Shown here: positions 28,714 to 36,344 of the stretch, piece by piece | How positions within the stretch are numbered: the stretch's first letter is position 1 | Layout of the letters: each line of letters opens with the position of its first letter | Origin: a virus | Lineage: Duplodnaviria > Caudoviricetes | Length of the DNA stretch: 50,115 nucleotides | Strand: one strand, 5' to 3' | IMG/VR virus record: IMGVR_UViG_3300037704_000074 | Location: 1-50,115 of that record | Translations under genes and position numbers: made by a program | Notes under the pieces: model-generated | The model's database searches: none | The model's input: only the letters and a program-made list of their open reading frames with translations | Told to the model about the DNA's origin: nothing

Positions 28714-29616
28714 TCACGGGCAGAAGACCTGAAGCGAATCGGCCTGAGTTACCACCGGGTTTGAGTCGTCGGGACACGACAGCTCGGTCGTCCCCGAACC
28801 CAGCGTGACCTGCGTCACGGGCGGGGGTGGCGCGGGCTCGTTCGAGTATGCCTGCGGGCACGGCGTTCCCTCGGGATTGCCGATCACGCAGTCGTCGAAC
28901 GTCACGTTCGGGAAGTACGACACGACGGACAGGCGCGCGATGATGCCATAGGGTGCGGGGTTCAGGTCGGGGTTCTCGTACCACAGGATGATCTCGCCAT
29001 CCTGGTCGCCCCGAAACCACCACGAGGTCTCGCCGCGCGCGGGACTGCCGTCGGTTGTGAACTCGATCTCGGCGTGTGGTACCTGGATACGTCCAACCTC
29101 GACGCCGTCCTGCCAGACCTGAATGATGTGGCCCTGCGCGTGCGATGGCTCGCCCGGACTGGTCGAGCGCGACAACTCCTCGGCGCTCGCCCGCCCGTTC
29201 GGGCTCGGGTCCCCGTAGCCGTTCGAGCAAGGCACATCGTTACCCGCTCCGCGATTCGGAGTGTCCATGAAGACGTAGAGAGGCCCATCCGTGACCAAGT
29301 TCTCGTACCGCTCACCAGCGATCCTGGCGATTACCACGTCGTCTGAGAGGGAAGCGGTCGCTCCGCCATCCACGATCTCGACGAACATACAGCCGTAACC
29401 GGCGCGACCGCCGAAGTCGAATCCATCTTCACCGTACGGACGTTCAGGGATGCTGAGACGCGAGAACACGATGTGTCCCGGACCCCGCGCCTTGGCAAAG
29501 TCAAACTTCATGGGATTCTGACTTGGCAACGAACCCGGTGCTTCGGGTCCCGTGACGGCCAGCGCGGGCGCTGCAAGCAGCAGACACGCAAGAACAGCGA
29601 GCAGTGTCTTCTTCAC
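28714..29616 (-). CDS. Secreted hypothetical protein
   Basis: Signal peptide MKKTLLAVLACLLLAAPALA; SD AAGGAGG; paired Cys. Confidence 0.75.
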   Translation of the reverse strand: MKKTLLAVLACLLLAAPALAVTGPEAPGSLPSQNPMKFDFAKARGPGHIVFSRLSIPERPYGEDGFDFGGRAGYGCMFVEIVDGGATASLSDDVVIARIAGERYENLVTDGPLYVFMDTPNRGAGNDVPCSNGYGDPSPNGRASAEELSRSTSPGEPSHAQGHIIQVWQDGVEVGRIQVPHAEIEFTTDGSPARGETSWWFRGDQDGEIILWYENPDLNPAPYGIIARLSVVSYFPNVTFDDCVIGNPEGTPCPQAYSNEPAPPPPVTQVTLGSGTTELSCPDDSNPVVTQADSLQVFCP

Positions 29617-29627
29617 GGTGTCCCTCC

Positions 29628-31343
29628 TTAGGGCATAGTGTCGTTGTCGTGGACCGCGAAGGGCTGGACCGGGGTAAACGGAACGGAGTAGATCGCCTCG
29701 ATGCAGTTCGGGATGTTGTTGAACGAGACCTCGGCGGGGCCTACCTCAGTGAAGAACCTGAATGCCTCGCGGAACGGCTGTCCGTTCGAGCCGAGCGGGC
29801 ACGTGTAGAGGTTGTTCTGGACCGTCAGGTTCGAGACGTAGGGGCCGAACCACCAGCCGGGGGTGTCCGTCAACGCTGGCGAACTAACATTCGTGATGGA
29901 GACGTTATCAGTCCACTCCTCGACTCCCCCGGAAGTCAAGAACCCCTTGATGATCATCCGGCAGGACTTGACCGCGGTACACGTCACGCCGTCCACGGCG
30001 ATGTTGTTGGACCCGGCGGTGATCTGAACGCCGTAGTGCTTCGCGCCGTCCAGCGTGAGCCCTGTGATCGTTCCGTTCGGAGCCGCGTCGGAGCTGGAGT
30101 TGCGGTCGGTCGTGATCCCACCTCGCAGGTTTCCGCAGTACCAGTTGGTCAGCATCCACGTGTTCGCGTTGACGAGCGAGACGCATGCGCGTCCGTTCCC
30201 CCACGAGACCACGTTGTCGGCGGTGATGTTCCTCGGCTCGGGATCTACACCCTGTCCACCGTACGTGCTGGCGTAGAGGGTGTCGCCGCGAATCTCGTTA
30301 GCGATCCCGTCGTTGCCACCAACCGTGATGTCCTGAATGTCGACACCGTCCACTCCGCCAGCGAGACGGAAGGCGTGCTGAACGTAGTTCACCCCGTCAT
30401 ACACGCCAGGGTTCGGGTTGGTGCCCTCCATCTGGAAGCCCTCGACGCTGATGTCACTCGCGGTGCCCGTCAGGGTCTCTTCGATGGACAGGATGTGTCC
30501 CTTGTTACCGACAGTTCCGTTCGGGAAGGCTACCGCTGAGCGCAGGGTTGAGCCGTATCCCGAGAGCAGCAGGTGGTTGCGGTTCGTGATCTGCAAGCCG
30601 TGGTCAGCCCCCACGAGGTAGCACGATCCCGTGGGGAACAGCAGCTTGCTCGGTGCACCGGCTACACCGTCCGGGACGGTGGCGACCCAGGCCTGAAGAT
30701 CAGCCTTCACGTCGACCGAGCAGTCATAGGGAATTCCCGGCGGCACCGGGAAGGTCGTCGGTTCTACCGGCTGCACGGGCGGCACTTCCAGGCTGAAGTA
30801 GGTGAGGTGGGGGATGGAGCTAGCGCCCGAGCCGGTCGTGTTCGCGTTGATCCTCAGGTTCAGAGCCGCGTAGTCGGTGATGGCGGCCGCCTGGGTGGTC
30901 GTCAGGGCGTCGTCGTACGCGGTGACGGTGGTGGTGGCGACGTGGCTGAACGACGCGATCGTGGTCGTCCCCTGCCTCAGCTCCATCGTGACGGTGAGCG
31001 TCGTGGCTCCAGCGGGCTTCCACAGATCCCAGTGCAGGACGTGACCGCTGCCGATGTTCGGGTCCTCGACGTCGCTCAGGGTTGCCTCGGCAGCGCGATT
31101 GATTGGATTCGATACCGTGGTCCGCGTAGTCAGTCCGTCACTGGGAGCCACCAGTCCATCCCACCACTGATGACCGCTGGGATTGGGGTACGTCGCCCAT
31201 ACGGTGTTGGAGATGGTCGAGTCGGCGTAGGCAAACTGTGGATCAGCCGCCCGACCAGTCCCGAGCATGTACCACACGCCGAGGACAAGACCGACTACGA
31301 TCCCAAGCACAAGGAACCGCCGACGATCAGATACCTTCACCAT
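29628..31343 (-). CDS. Signal-peptide/anchor protein with right-handed beta-helix (pectin lyase-like, putative depolymerase)
   Basis: N-terminal hydrophobic segment; 'LLFPTGSCY', 'LSGYGSTL', repeated 'ITxDN/IxVDG' strands. Confidence 0.7.
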   Translation of the reverse strand: MVKVSDRRRFLVLGIVVGLVLGVWYMLGTGRAADPQFAYADSTISNTVWATYPNPSGHQWWDGLVAPSDGLTTRTTVSNPINRAAEATLSDVEDPNIGSGHVLHWDLWKPAGATTLTVTMELRQGTTTIASFSHVATTTVTAYDDALTTTQAAAITDYAALNLRINANTTGSGASSIPHLTYFSLEVPPVQPVEPTTFPVPPGIPYDCSVDVKADLQAWVATVPDGVAGAPSKLLFPTGSCYLVGADHGLQITNRNHLLLSGYGSTLRSAVAFPNGTVGNKGHILSIEETLTGTASDISVEGFQMEGTNPNPGVYDGVNYVQHAFRLAGGVDGVDIQDITVGGNDGIANEIRGDTLYASTYGGQGVDPEPRNITADNVVSWGNGRACVSLVNANTWMLTNWYCGNLRGGITTDRNSSSDAAPNGTITGLTLDGAKHYGVQITAGSNNIAVDGVTCTAVKSCRMIIKGFLTSGGVEEWTDNVSITNVSSPALTDTPGWWFGPYVSNLTVQNNLYTCPLGSNGQPFREAFRFFTEVGPAEVSFNNIPNCIEAIYSVPFTPVQPFAVHDNDTMP

Positions 31344-31361
31344 GAGGGAATCCCTTCTGCC

Positions 31362-31580
31362 CTAGGCGGCCAGTCTACGGAGAGTCTTACGTTGATCCGG
31401 CGACCGGCCTCCCCAGATTCCATCGCTGACGCGGTGAAAGATCGCGTAGTTCAGACATTCGATCTGGATCGGGCACTCGGCACAAATCGCTCGGGCCCGA
31501 CGGGACGAAGCCCCCTTCTCAGGGAAAAACAATTCCGGATCGATATCTGATTGAGCGCAGCGGGCTAGCTCCCAACGCAT
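31362..31580 (-). CDS. whiB: WhiB family transcription factor
   Basis: 'W...A.CAQ.DIDPELFFP...ARAICAECPI..ECL.YA......GIWGG.S..QR'. Confidence 0.95.
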   Translation of the reverse strand: MRWELARCAQSDIDPELFFPEKGASSRRARAICAECPIQIECLNYAIFHRVSDGIWGGRSPDQRKTLRRLAA

Positions 31581-31662
31581 CCGCGCCAAACCCCCCGAAT
31601 AAGGCGACGCCCCCGGGCCCGGACCTTCCGAATCCCGAGGGCAGATATCGCCATCCTGGCGC

Positions 31663-31691
31663 AGAGTAACACCGCTGGCGCCCGCTGTCAA
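31663..31691 (-). promoter_or_regulatory. Sigma70-type promoter for whiB and downstream genes
   Basis: TTGACA-N17-TACTCT with TG extension. Confidence 0.75.
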
Positions 31692-31853
31692 TAGGTCCCG
31701 CTCCGGAGCGCGCGCTCTGCGTGAGCCACGATCAGGCGCTCGGGCCGGCGGCGCCCGTGCCTGTACCTGTACATATAGCAAGCGCCGCACTCGCCGCGCC
31801 TGCTCGCCCGCTGCCACTCGCAGGTCTTGCAGGTCGGCGGGGTTGGTGCCGTT

Positions 31854-32306
31854 TTACGCACAAGCCCACGGCGACAACCCCACCGCCGCCATCATCCGCG
31901 CGCTCATCACGATTTGGCCCCGTGAATTGGTCCACCGCTCCGACAAACCCTTGTCCCAACTCGGTGGTTCGAACGCACGGACCCGGCTAACATACGATCC
32001 AGCCGCATGCTGGAACAGGCCCAGATAGGAACCACCGTTCGAGGCGAATCTGTTCCACCCACTCTCGCACTGCGCTATCGAATCGAACTCGGCCAGTCCA
32101 CCCGGCACCGCCCACTTGCTCGTGGCACACCGCGCCGTCAGCCACTCCTCGCGCTGCGTCCACAGCGCCTTGTCCAGCGACTGGAACCGGCACTCGCGCA
32201 TCCTCCACGACTTGAATCCTTCTCCCGCCTCCGCGTCTGCAATGAGGCCTCTACCAAAAACGGCCAGCACGATACATGCCAGTCCAAACACGACTGCTCT
32301 GGTCAT
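31854..32306 (-). CDS. Secreted Rpf/lytic transglycosylase-like protein
   Basis: Signal peptide; 'IAQCESGWN......YLGLFQ', ending 'G.SPW.C'. Confidence 0.8.
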   Translation of the reverse strand: MTRAVVFGLACIVLAVFGRGLIADAEAGEGFKSWRMRECRFQSLDKALWTQREEWLTARCATSKWAVPGGLAEFDSIAQCESGWNRFASNGGSYLGLFQHAAGSYVSRVRAFEPPSWDKGLSERWTNSRGQIVMSARMMAAVGLSPWACA

Positions 32307-32388
32307 TTGCTGATCCTCCTGGTCGTTGCCGCGCCCCTGGATAAGCGGCGGGTCGGTCAGGGCGAGTTGGTCTCGGCGATCCCCCCTC

Positions 32389-32829
32389 TCAGCCGGTTCC
32401 CCAGCCGGCACCTCGGTCGGCCCTGCGACGTTGGGCCGCCTTCAATGATTGTCGCTCTTCGAGTGTGATCGTGCGCGGATACGTGTCGGGATGGCCGCTG
32501 GTTCGGTCGGCCGCGGGCAGCAGCGTATTCAACATTCCGCGCACGTCCCTAATCATCCCCTGCACCCGAGCCGCCACGTGCTCAGCTCGTTTACGCACCA
32601 ACGCGTCAGCCGTCGCTGCCTGTTCGGTCGGCCGAATCTGCGCCGGATTGCGAGTGCCGCCAGGCTCAGGGATTGACCGGCCATTCTGACCGTAGGCTAG
32701 TTCGTACGCCCACCGATATTCATCATCCAGATCGGCGAGTAAGGCACGAAGCGCCGTGATCCGACGATGCATGAGCGCGGGCGTCGGCAACCCCATCGGC
32801 GATGATTTTATCATGGACTTTGCCCGCAC
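32389..32829 (-). CDS. Hypothetical protein (start uncertain)
   Basis: Operon-concordant ORF; helical. Confidence 0.6.
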   Translation of the reverse strand: MRAKSMIKSSPMGLPTPALMHRRITALRALLADLDDEYRWAYELAYGQNGRSIPEPGGTRNPAQIRPTEQAATADALVRKRAEHVAARVQGMIRDVRGMLNTLLPAADRTSGHPDTYPRTITLEERQSLKAAQRRRADRGAGWGTG

Positions 32830-32830
32830 G

Positions 32831-33490
32831 CTAGCCCGCCAGCGTGGCCCTCCACAGTTGCAGGCTCATGGCCGCCACCTGGACCAGCTCCTCCCGGATC
32901 TCGTTCGGGTCCTTACGATCGTTCCACGCCTGCACGGCCTCGATCACCTCTTCAATCCAGATCGAGAACCACCGATCCAGCGTCGTCCATTCGGGATCGT
33001 CCGACCGTGGGTGCTTGATAAGGGCCTGGCGCACTTCCAGATCCACCAGACCCAAGAAGACTCGAATGGTCTCGTCCAACTCGGGGTGATCCCCCAGCAC
33101 GGCCGCCTTTAGATTATTCACAGCCTGGTCTGGGTTCAGGAACACCGGCACCCCGCGCGCGGCCAACACGGGAGACTTCGCCACGATGTTGCCGCCCAAC
33201 ACGACCACAGGCTTAGAAAGACCCACGGCCCGCTCGACCTCCATCGGCACGCCGACCGACGCCTGCCCATCCGGCAAGCACGCAAACACGCCGTCGGCCC
33301 AGTCCAATGCCGCGTCGTGCACTTGCTGCGCAAACGGCATCCCGTTCGGGGGTCCGGTCCACGACCCCGGGTCGTACACCTGCGCGCCGGCCTCCTCCAA
33401 CAAAGACCGAACGATGTCCCACGCGACGCCTTGCGCAGCCGCCTGATCAAGCGGCCGTGCCAAATACACCGTCCACGTCTGATCGGTCAC
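32831..33490 (-). CDS. Fusion: nucleoside 2-deoxyribosyltransferase-like domain plus MazG-like (MazZ-like) dNTP pyrophosphohydrolase
   Basis: N: 'VYLARP.D...VYDP...HD.ALDWADGV......SVG..MEV..A..L.KPVVV'; C: 'EEV.EAVQA...IREELVQVAA'. Confidence 0.75.
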   Translation of the reverse strand: MTDQTWTVYLARPLDQAAAQGVAWDIVRSLLEEAGAQVYDPGSWTGPPNGMPFAQQVHDAALDWADGVFACLPDGQASVGVPMEVERAVGLSKPVVVLGGNIVAKSPVLAARGVPVFLNPDQAVNNLKAAVLGDHPELDETIRVFLGLVDLEVRQALIKHPRSDDPEWTTLDRWFSIWIEEVIEAVQAWNDRKDPNEIREELVQVAAMSLQLWRATLAG

Positions 33491-33747
33491 GCTTCCCCCT
33501 TGGCCTTGGCAATGGCGGCGACCCCGGCCGGAACAGAGTCCACCAGGGCTCGCACCGCTGCGTCGATGACCTCGTCACTCCGATTGTTCGGAGCCCGACT
33601 CACCTCGACGAGGTAGGCCCGCACGGCCTTGGTCATCGGTTCCAACGCCGCCAGTAGGTCCGGAGCGGCGGCGTGAAGGGGACAGTATTCGATGTCGTCC
33701 CCAAACGGCGTCTCCAGGGCAGGCACGTAGCACCCGCAACTGCTCAT
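33487..33747 (-). CDS. Hypothetical protein
   Basis: 'C.C...YCPLHAAAPDLLAALE', a common phage motif. Confidence 0.6.
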   Translation of the reverse strand: MSSCGCYVPALETPFGDDIEYCPLHAAAPDLLAALEPMTKAVRAYLVEVSRAPNNRSDEVIDAAVRALVDSVPAGVAAIAKAKGEA

Positions 33748-34022
33748 GGCCATCTCCCTGTCTCGCGGATTCGGCGCGCCATCATCGCGTAGATCGTGGC
33801 GTCCACCAACGTGTCCTCACTCGGCAGCGCCCCTCGCCGATAGGCCGAGACCGCCCGCCCCGCCTTTCCGAGCAAGTAGTACATGACACCGGCCTCGGCA
33901 TCCGATCCCAGCGCCAGCCCGATCAGCTCCAGATCCAGCGACCCGTACTCTTGCAGCTTGGGGATCACCAGCTCCAGATCGGCCTGCGCGGTCCTGCGCC
34001 ACCAATCCTCCAAATCCTTCAC
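33744..34022 (-). CDS. DUF1599/Nmad1-like all-alpha nucleotide-modification-associated protein
   Basis: 'K..EYGS.DL...GK..R......EDTL.D...YAMMAR'; in the purZ operon; family call from memory. Confidence 0.55.
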   Translation of the reverse strand: MKDLEDWWRRTAQADLELVIPKLQEYGSLDLELIGLALGSDAEAGVMYYLLGKAGRAVSAYRRGALPSEDTLVDATIYAMMARRIRETGRWP

Positions 34023-34333
34023 TTGGCCCCCGATCCGTTGCGCGCATAGGCGCCCCCCCGAGCCGTGCCCGCCCTGCTGAGCCGAACAGCTCTCCGCTCG
34101 GCAGGCGTTAGCATCCGCAGAGGCCCCGTCCAGAATTGGAGAGTCCCGCGCTCGCGTAGCTGCACCGATTCGATAGAGGCTGCGCCCAAGCATGCCAATC
34201 CGTAAAACCAGAATACGTCGTCCCCTTCTTGAACATCCATCCGTTTCTTCAGATTAGCGTGGTGACCCGCCTTGATAGAGTCGATGGTCAGGTCCAGAGG
34301 AGCGCTCGTTTTTAGCGAGTACAGGATGTCCAT
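34019..34333 (-). CDS. Hypothetical protein
   Basis: Coupled between purZ and the next gene; lower GC at the 5' end. Confidence 0.6.
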   Translation of the reverse strand: MDILYSLKTSAPLDLTIDSIKAGHHANLKKRMDVQEGDDVFWFYGLACLGAASIESVQLRERGTLQFWTGPLRMLTPAERRAVRLSRAGTARGGAYARNGSGAK

Positions 34334-35379
34334 CAGGGCCGCCGATCGATGATCGTCCGGGGACCGGTGCCGACCAGCTCGATCCGGGCACCCAGTTCCT
34401 GCTCCAACTTTACCAATTGCTCGGTCGCATCCAGCGACGACGGCGGGAAACGCACGGCCCCGGCCAGATGCGGATACCAGTAGTCGAACATCATCAGCGC
34501 AAGCCGTACAGCCGGCGGCCCCCCGTTCGCCCGAATCGCATCGTACGCCAGAGCGCTGTCCCAGCGTCCGACCCGCCGCATCTTGCGGGTTACCGTCGTG
34601 TACTCAGGCATAACGTGTCCGCCCGACTCGCTCGTCAGATTGCCCCAGGTCGTCTCCTCGTACATGGGCCCCGAGTTGCCGGCCACCCGGATCGGGTGCG
34701 TGCGCAAGACTACCCAGACCTGCAAGTGCTGCGTCGTCCACGGGTTGATCCCAGCGGCAGCCAGCATGTCGATCGCCGTGCAGTCGCCCGAGGTCGTGTA
34801 CGGATAGAACGACGTGTGCAATCCCAAGCCGTAGCCCTGCGTGCCTTCCACGATCACGGTCTGCCCCCGGCTCAGGTGATCACCCGCCAGATCGGCCACG
34901 GGAGCCACTTCCCCCGGCATAGGCTCGGACCAAGTCTGCACCGTGCGGGCGGCGCGGCGGACCCGGGCAGATCGCGCCACCCCCACTCCCTTGCCGGTCG
35001 ATCCCCGGCGGCGCTGCTGCTCGCCCTGCTCTTCGTGCTTGGGTTCCAGGATCGTGGCGTTCGGATCGATCGTCAACCGATCGCGGATCTGATACCCGGC
35101 GTTCTCCAGGTCAGCGACCTCATCCCACAGCACTCGCGGCGAAATCTCCGACCCGGCTCCGATCGCCAATCGCGCCTGCTCATCCACGAACCCAACCGGG
35201 ATCTGCCGCATCGCGAATCGATTCCCTCGCTCGTCGTACACCGTATGCCCGGCGTTGGGCCCGCCCACTCGCACGACCAGCGCTCGCTTACGCTCGGTCC
35301 GGACCAGGTGTCCGACGATCGCACCTTTGCCCTCGGAGCCGTATTGACCGCCCACGACCACTAGTAGTTTGCCGCTCAC
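34333..35379 (-). CDS. purZ: PurZ/PurZ0-type adenylosuccinate synthetase paralogue (2-aminoadenine pathway)
   Basis: PurA fold motifs (GPNAGHT, EGTQG.GL...YPYTTS, PIRVAGNSGP, TTVT...RRVG) with GGQYGSEGKG, i.e. Ser at the PurA catalytic Asp (GDEGKG). Confidence 0.88.
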   Translation of the reverse strand: MSGKLLVVVGGQYGSEGKGAIVGHLVRTERKRALVVRVGGPNAGHTVYDERGNRFAMRQIPVGFVDEQARLAIGAGSEISPRVLWDEVADLENAGYQIRDRLTIDPNATILEPKHEEQGEQQRRRGSTGKGVGVARSARVRRAARTVQTWSEPMPGEVAPVADLAGDHLSRGQTVIVEGTQGYGLGLHTSFYPYTTSGDCTAIDMLAAAGINPWTTQHLQVWVVLRTHPIRVAGNSGPMYEETTWGNLTSESGGHVMPEYTTVTRKMRRVGRWDSALAYDAIRANGGPPAVRLALMMFDYWYPHLAGAVRFPPSSLDATEQLVKLEQELGARIELVGTGPRTIIDRRP

Positions 35380-35513
35380 CTTTCGATCACGACAGCGAAT
35401 CGCCGACCCCTGCCCCTGATCGAATTGGCCGGCAACCGCTCCCAACCGGCCCTACAGCCGATGCACGACCACGCACCGCCCAACCACTCGACTAGATGCG
35501 CCAGATGCTCCAT
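35376..35513 (-). CDS. Small hypothetical protein (CxxC)
   Basis: MEHLAHLVEWLGGAWSCIGC...; GTGA overlap with purZ. Confidence 0.5.
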   Translation of the reverse strand: MEHLAHLVEWLGGAWSCIGCRAGWERLPANSIRGRGRRFAVVIER

Positions 35514-35515
35514 GA

Positions 35516-35647
35516 TCACCACCGCCCCTCGTGGAACCGTCGCGTCTGCGACCACTGCTCCCGATACACGCCGTATGCGGTGCCGAACACGAACCCGCAT
35601 CCGAACGCGAACAGGGCAACGCCCATCGCTACCAGCAGTACCAGCAT
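35516..35647 (-). CDS. Small membrane protein (43 aa)
   Basis: Not in ORF track; SD AGGAGG; MLVLLVAMGVALFAFGCGFVFGTAYGVYREQW... Confidence 0.6.
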   Translation of the reverse strand: MLVLLVAMGVALFAFGCGFVFGTAYGVYREQWSQTRRFHEGRW

Positions 35648-35757
35648 GACGCCCCTCCTGTCGTCGTGGCCGCCCCAAACGGTGGGCCGAACGGGCTTCT
35701 ACATTCCGCTTGCGCCGACGCCGCATGTCCCTCGCTAAGCCGGACCCACCGCCGTCC

Positions 35758-35786
35758 ATCCTAGCAGATCCATGGCACGCCGTCAA
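35758..35786 (-). promoter_or_regulatory. Promoter for the purZ operon
   Basis: TTGACG-N17-TAGGAT with TG extension, directly after the RuvC-like stop codon. Confidence 0.7.
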
Positions 35787-36344
35787 CTATCCTTTCAACT
35801 TTTTGATTCGGAACCACCCGTGGGCCTCAGCATCGCGTTTGTGGGGATTCGTGCCCACGTGCACCTCGGCATCGTGGACCCAGACTCGTTTGCCACCCTT
35901 GTATCCGTAGTCGCATTGCCCGCCGGCGAGCTTGTTCAGGTAGGCGCAGCCGTGCTGCTTGACCGACGCCCCTTGCTCGTAGAACGCGACCTCCTCCGTC
36001 GACTCCGAGATGTACAGCCATTTCAGCGCCCCAATCACTTCGGGCGTTCCCATCCGACTCAGCCCCTGCTCCTGCAGCATGTTCGGGTAAAGTTGGAATC
36101 CCTCGACCACGAGCACGCCCGGGCCCGGCTCCCGGATCCAGCTTTGCGTCAGATACAGGCAGTCGAGTGGATTCGTGTCCACTGTCTCGGTCACGTGCCA
36201 TCCATTCTGGCCCTGGAACCAGGCCATGCCGCAATGCACCGGTCCGGGATCGATTGCAAGCAGATTATTCACTCGCCCGATCTGCGCAGGCGCGACGATG
36301 TCGAACGCCGACCCGGTTCGCTTAGACTCGCTCACTTCCCCCAC
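35787..36344 (-). CDS. RuvC-like Holliday junction resolvase
   Basis: 'LLAIDPG..HCGMA', 'VLVVEGF.LYP', 'EVIGALK', 'H.RDA.AH'. Confidence 0.8.
   Translation of the reverse strand: MGEVSESKRTGSAFDIVAPAQIGRVNNLLAIDPGPVHCGMAWFQGQNGWHVTETVDTNPLDCLYLTQSWIREPGPGVLVVEGFQLYPNMLQEQGLSRMGTPEVIGALKWLYISESTEEVAFYEQGASVKQHGCAYLNKLAGGQCDYGYKGGKRVWVHDAEVHVGTNPHKRDAEAHGWFRIKKLKG

Noticed and set aside
3165-31343. Diversity-generating retroelement or invertase shufflon acting on fibre genes
   Set aside because: No reverse transcriptase or recombinase and no template/variable repeat pair was seen.
31581-31662. Long stem enclosing the whiB leader (GCGCCAG/TTGGCGC)
   Set aside because: The 5' arm lies mostly upstream of the predicted transcription start; remaining pairing is short for this GC content.
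34333-35379. Ordinary PurA auxiliary metabolic gene
   Set aside because: Catalytic Asp is replaced by Ser and the neighbours are nucleotide-modification-type genes.
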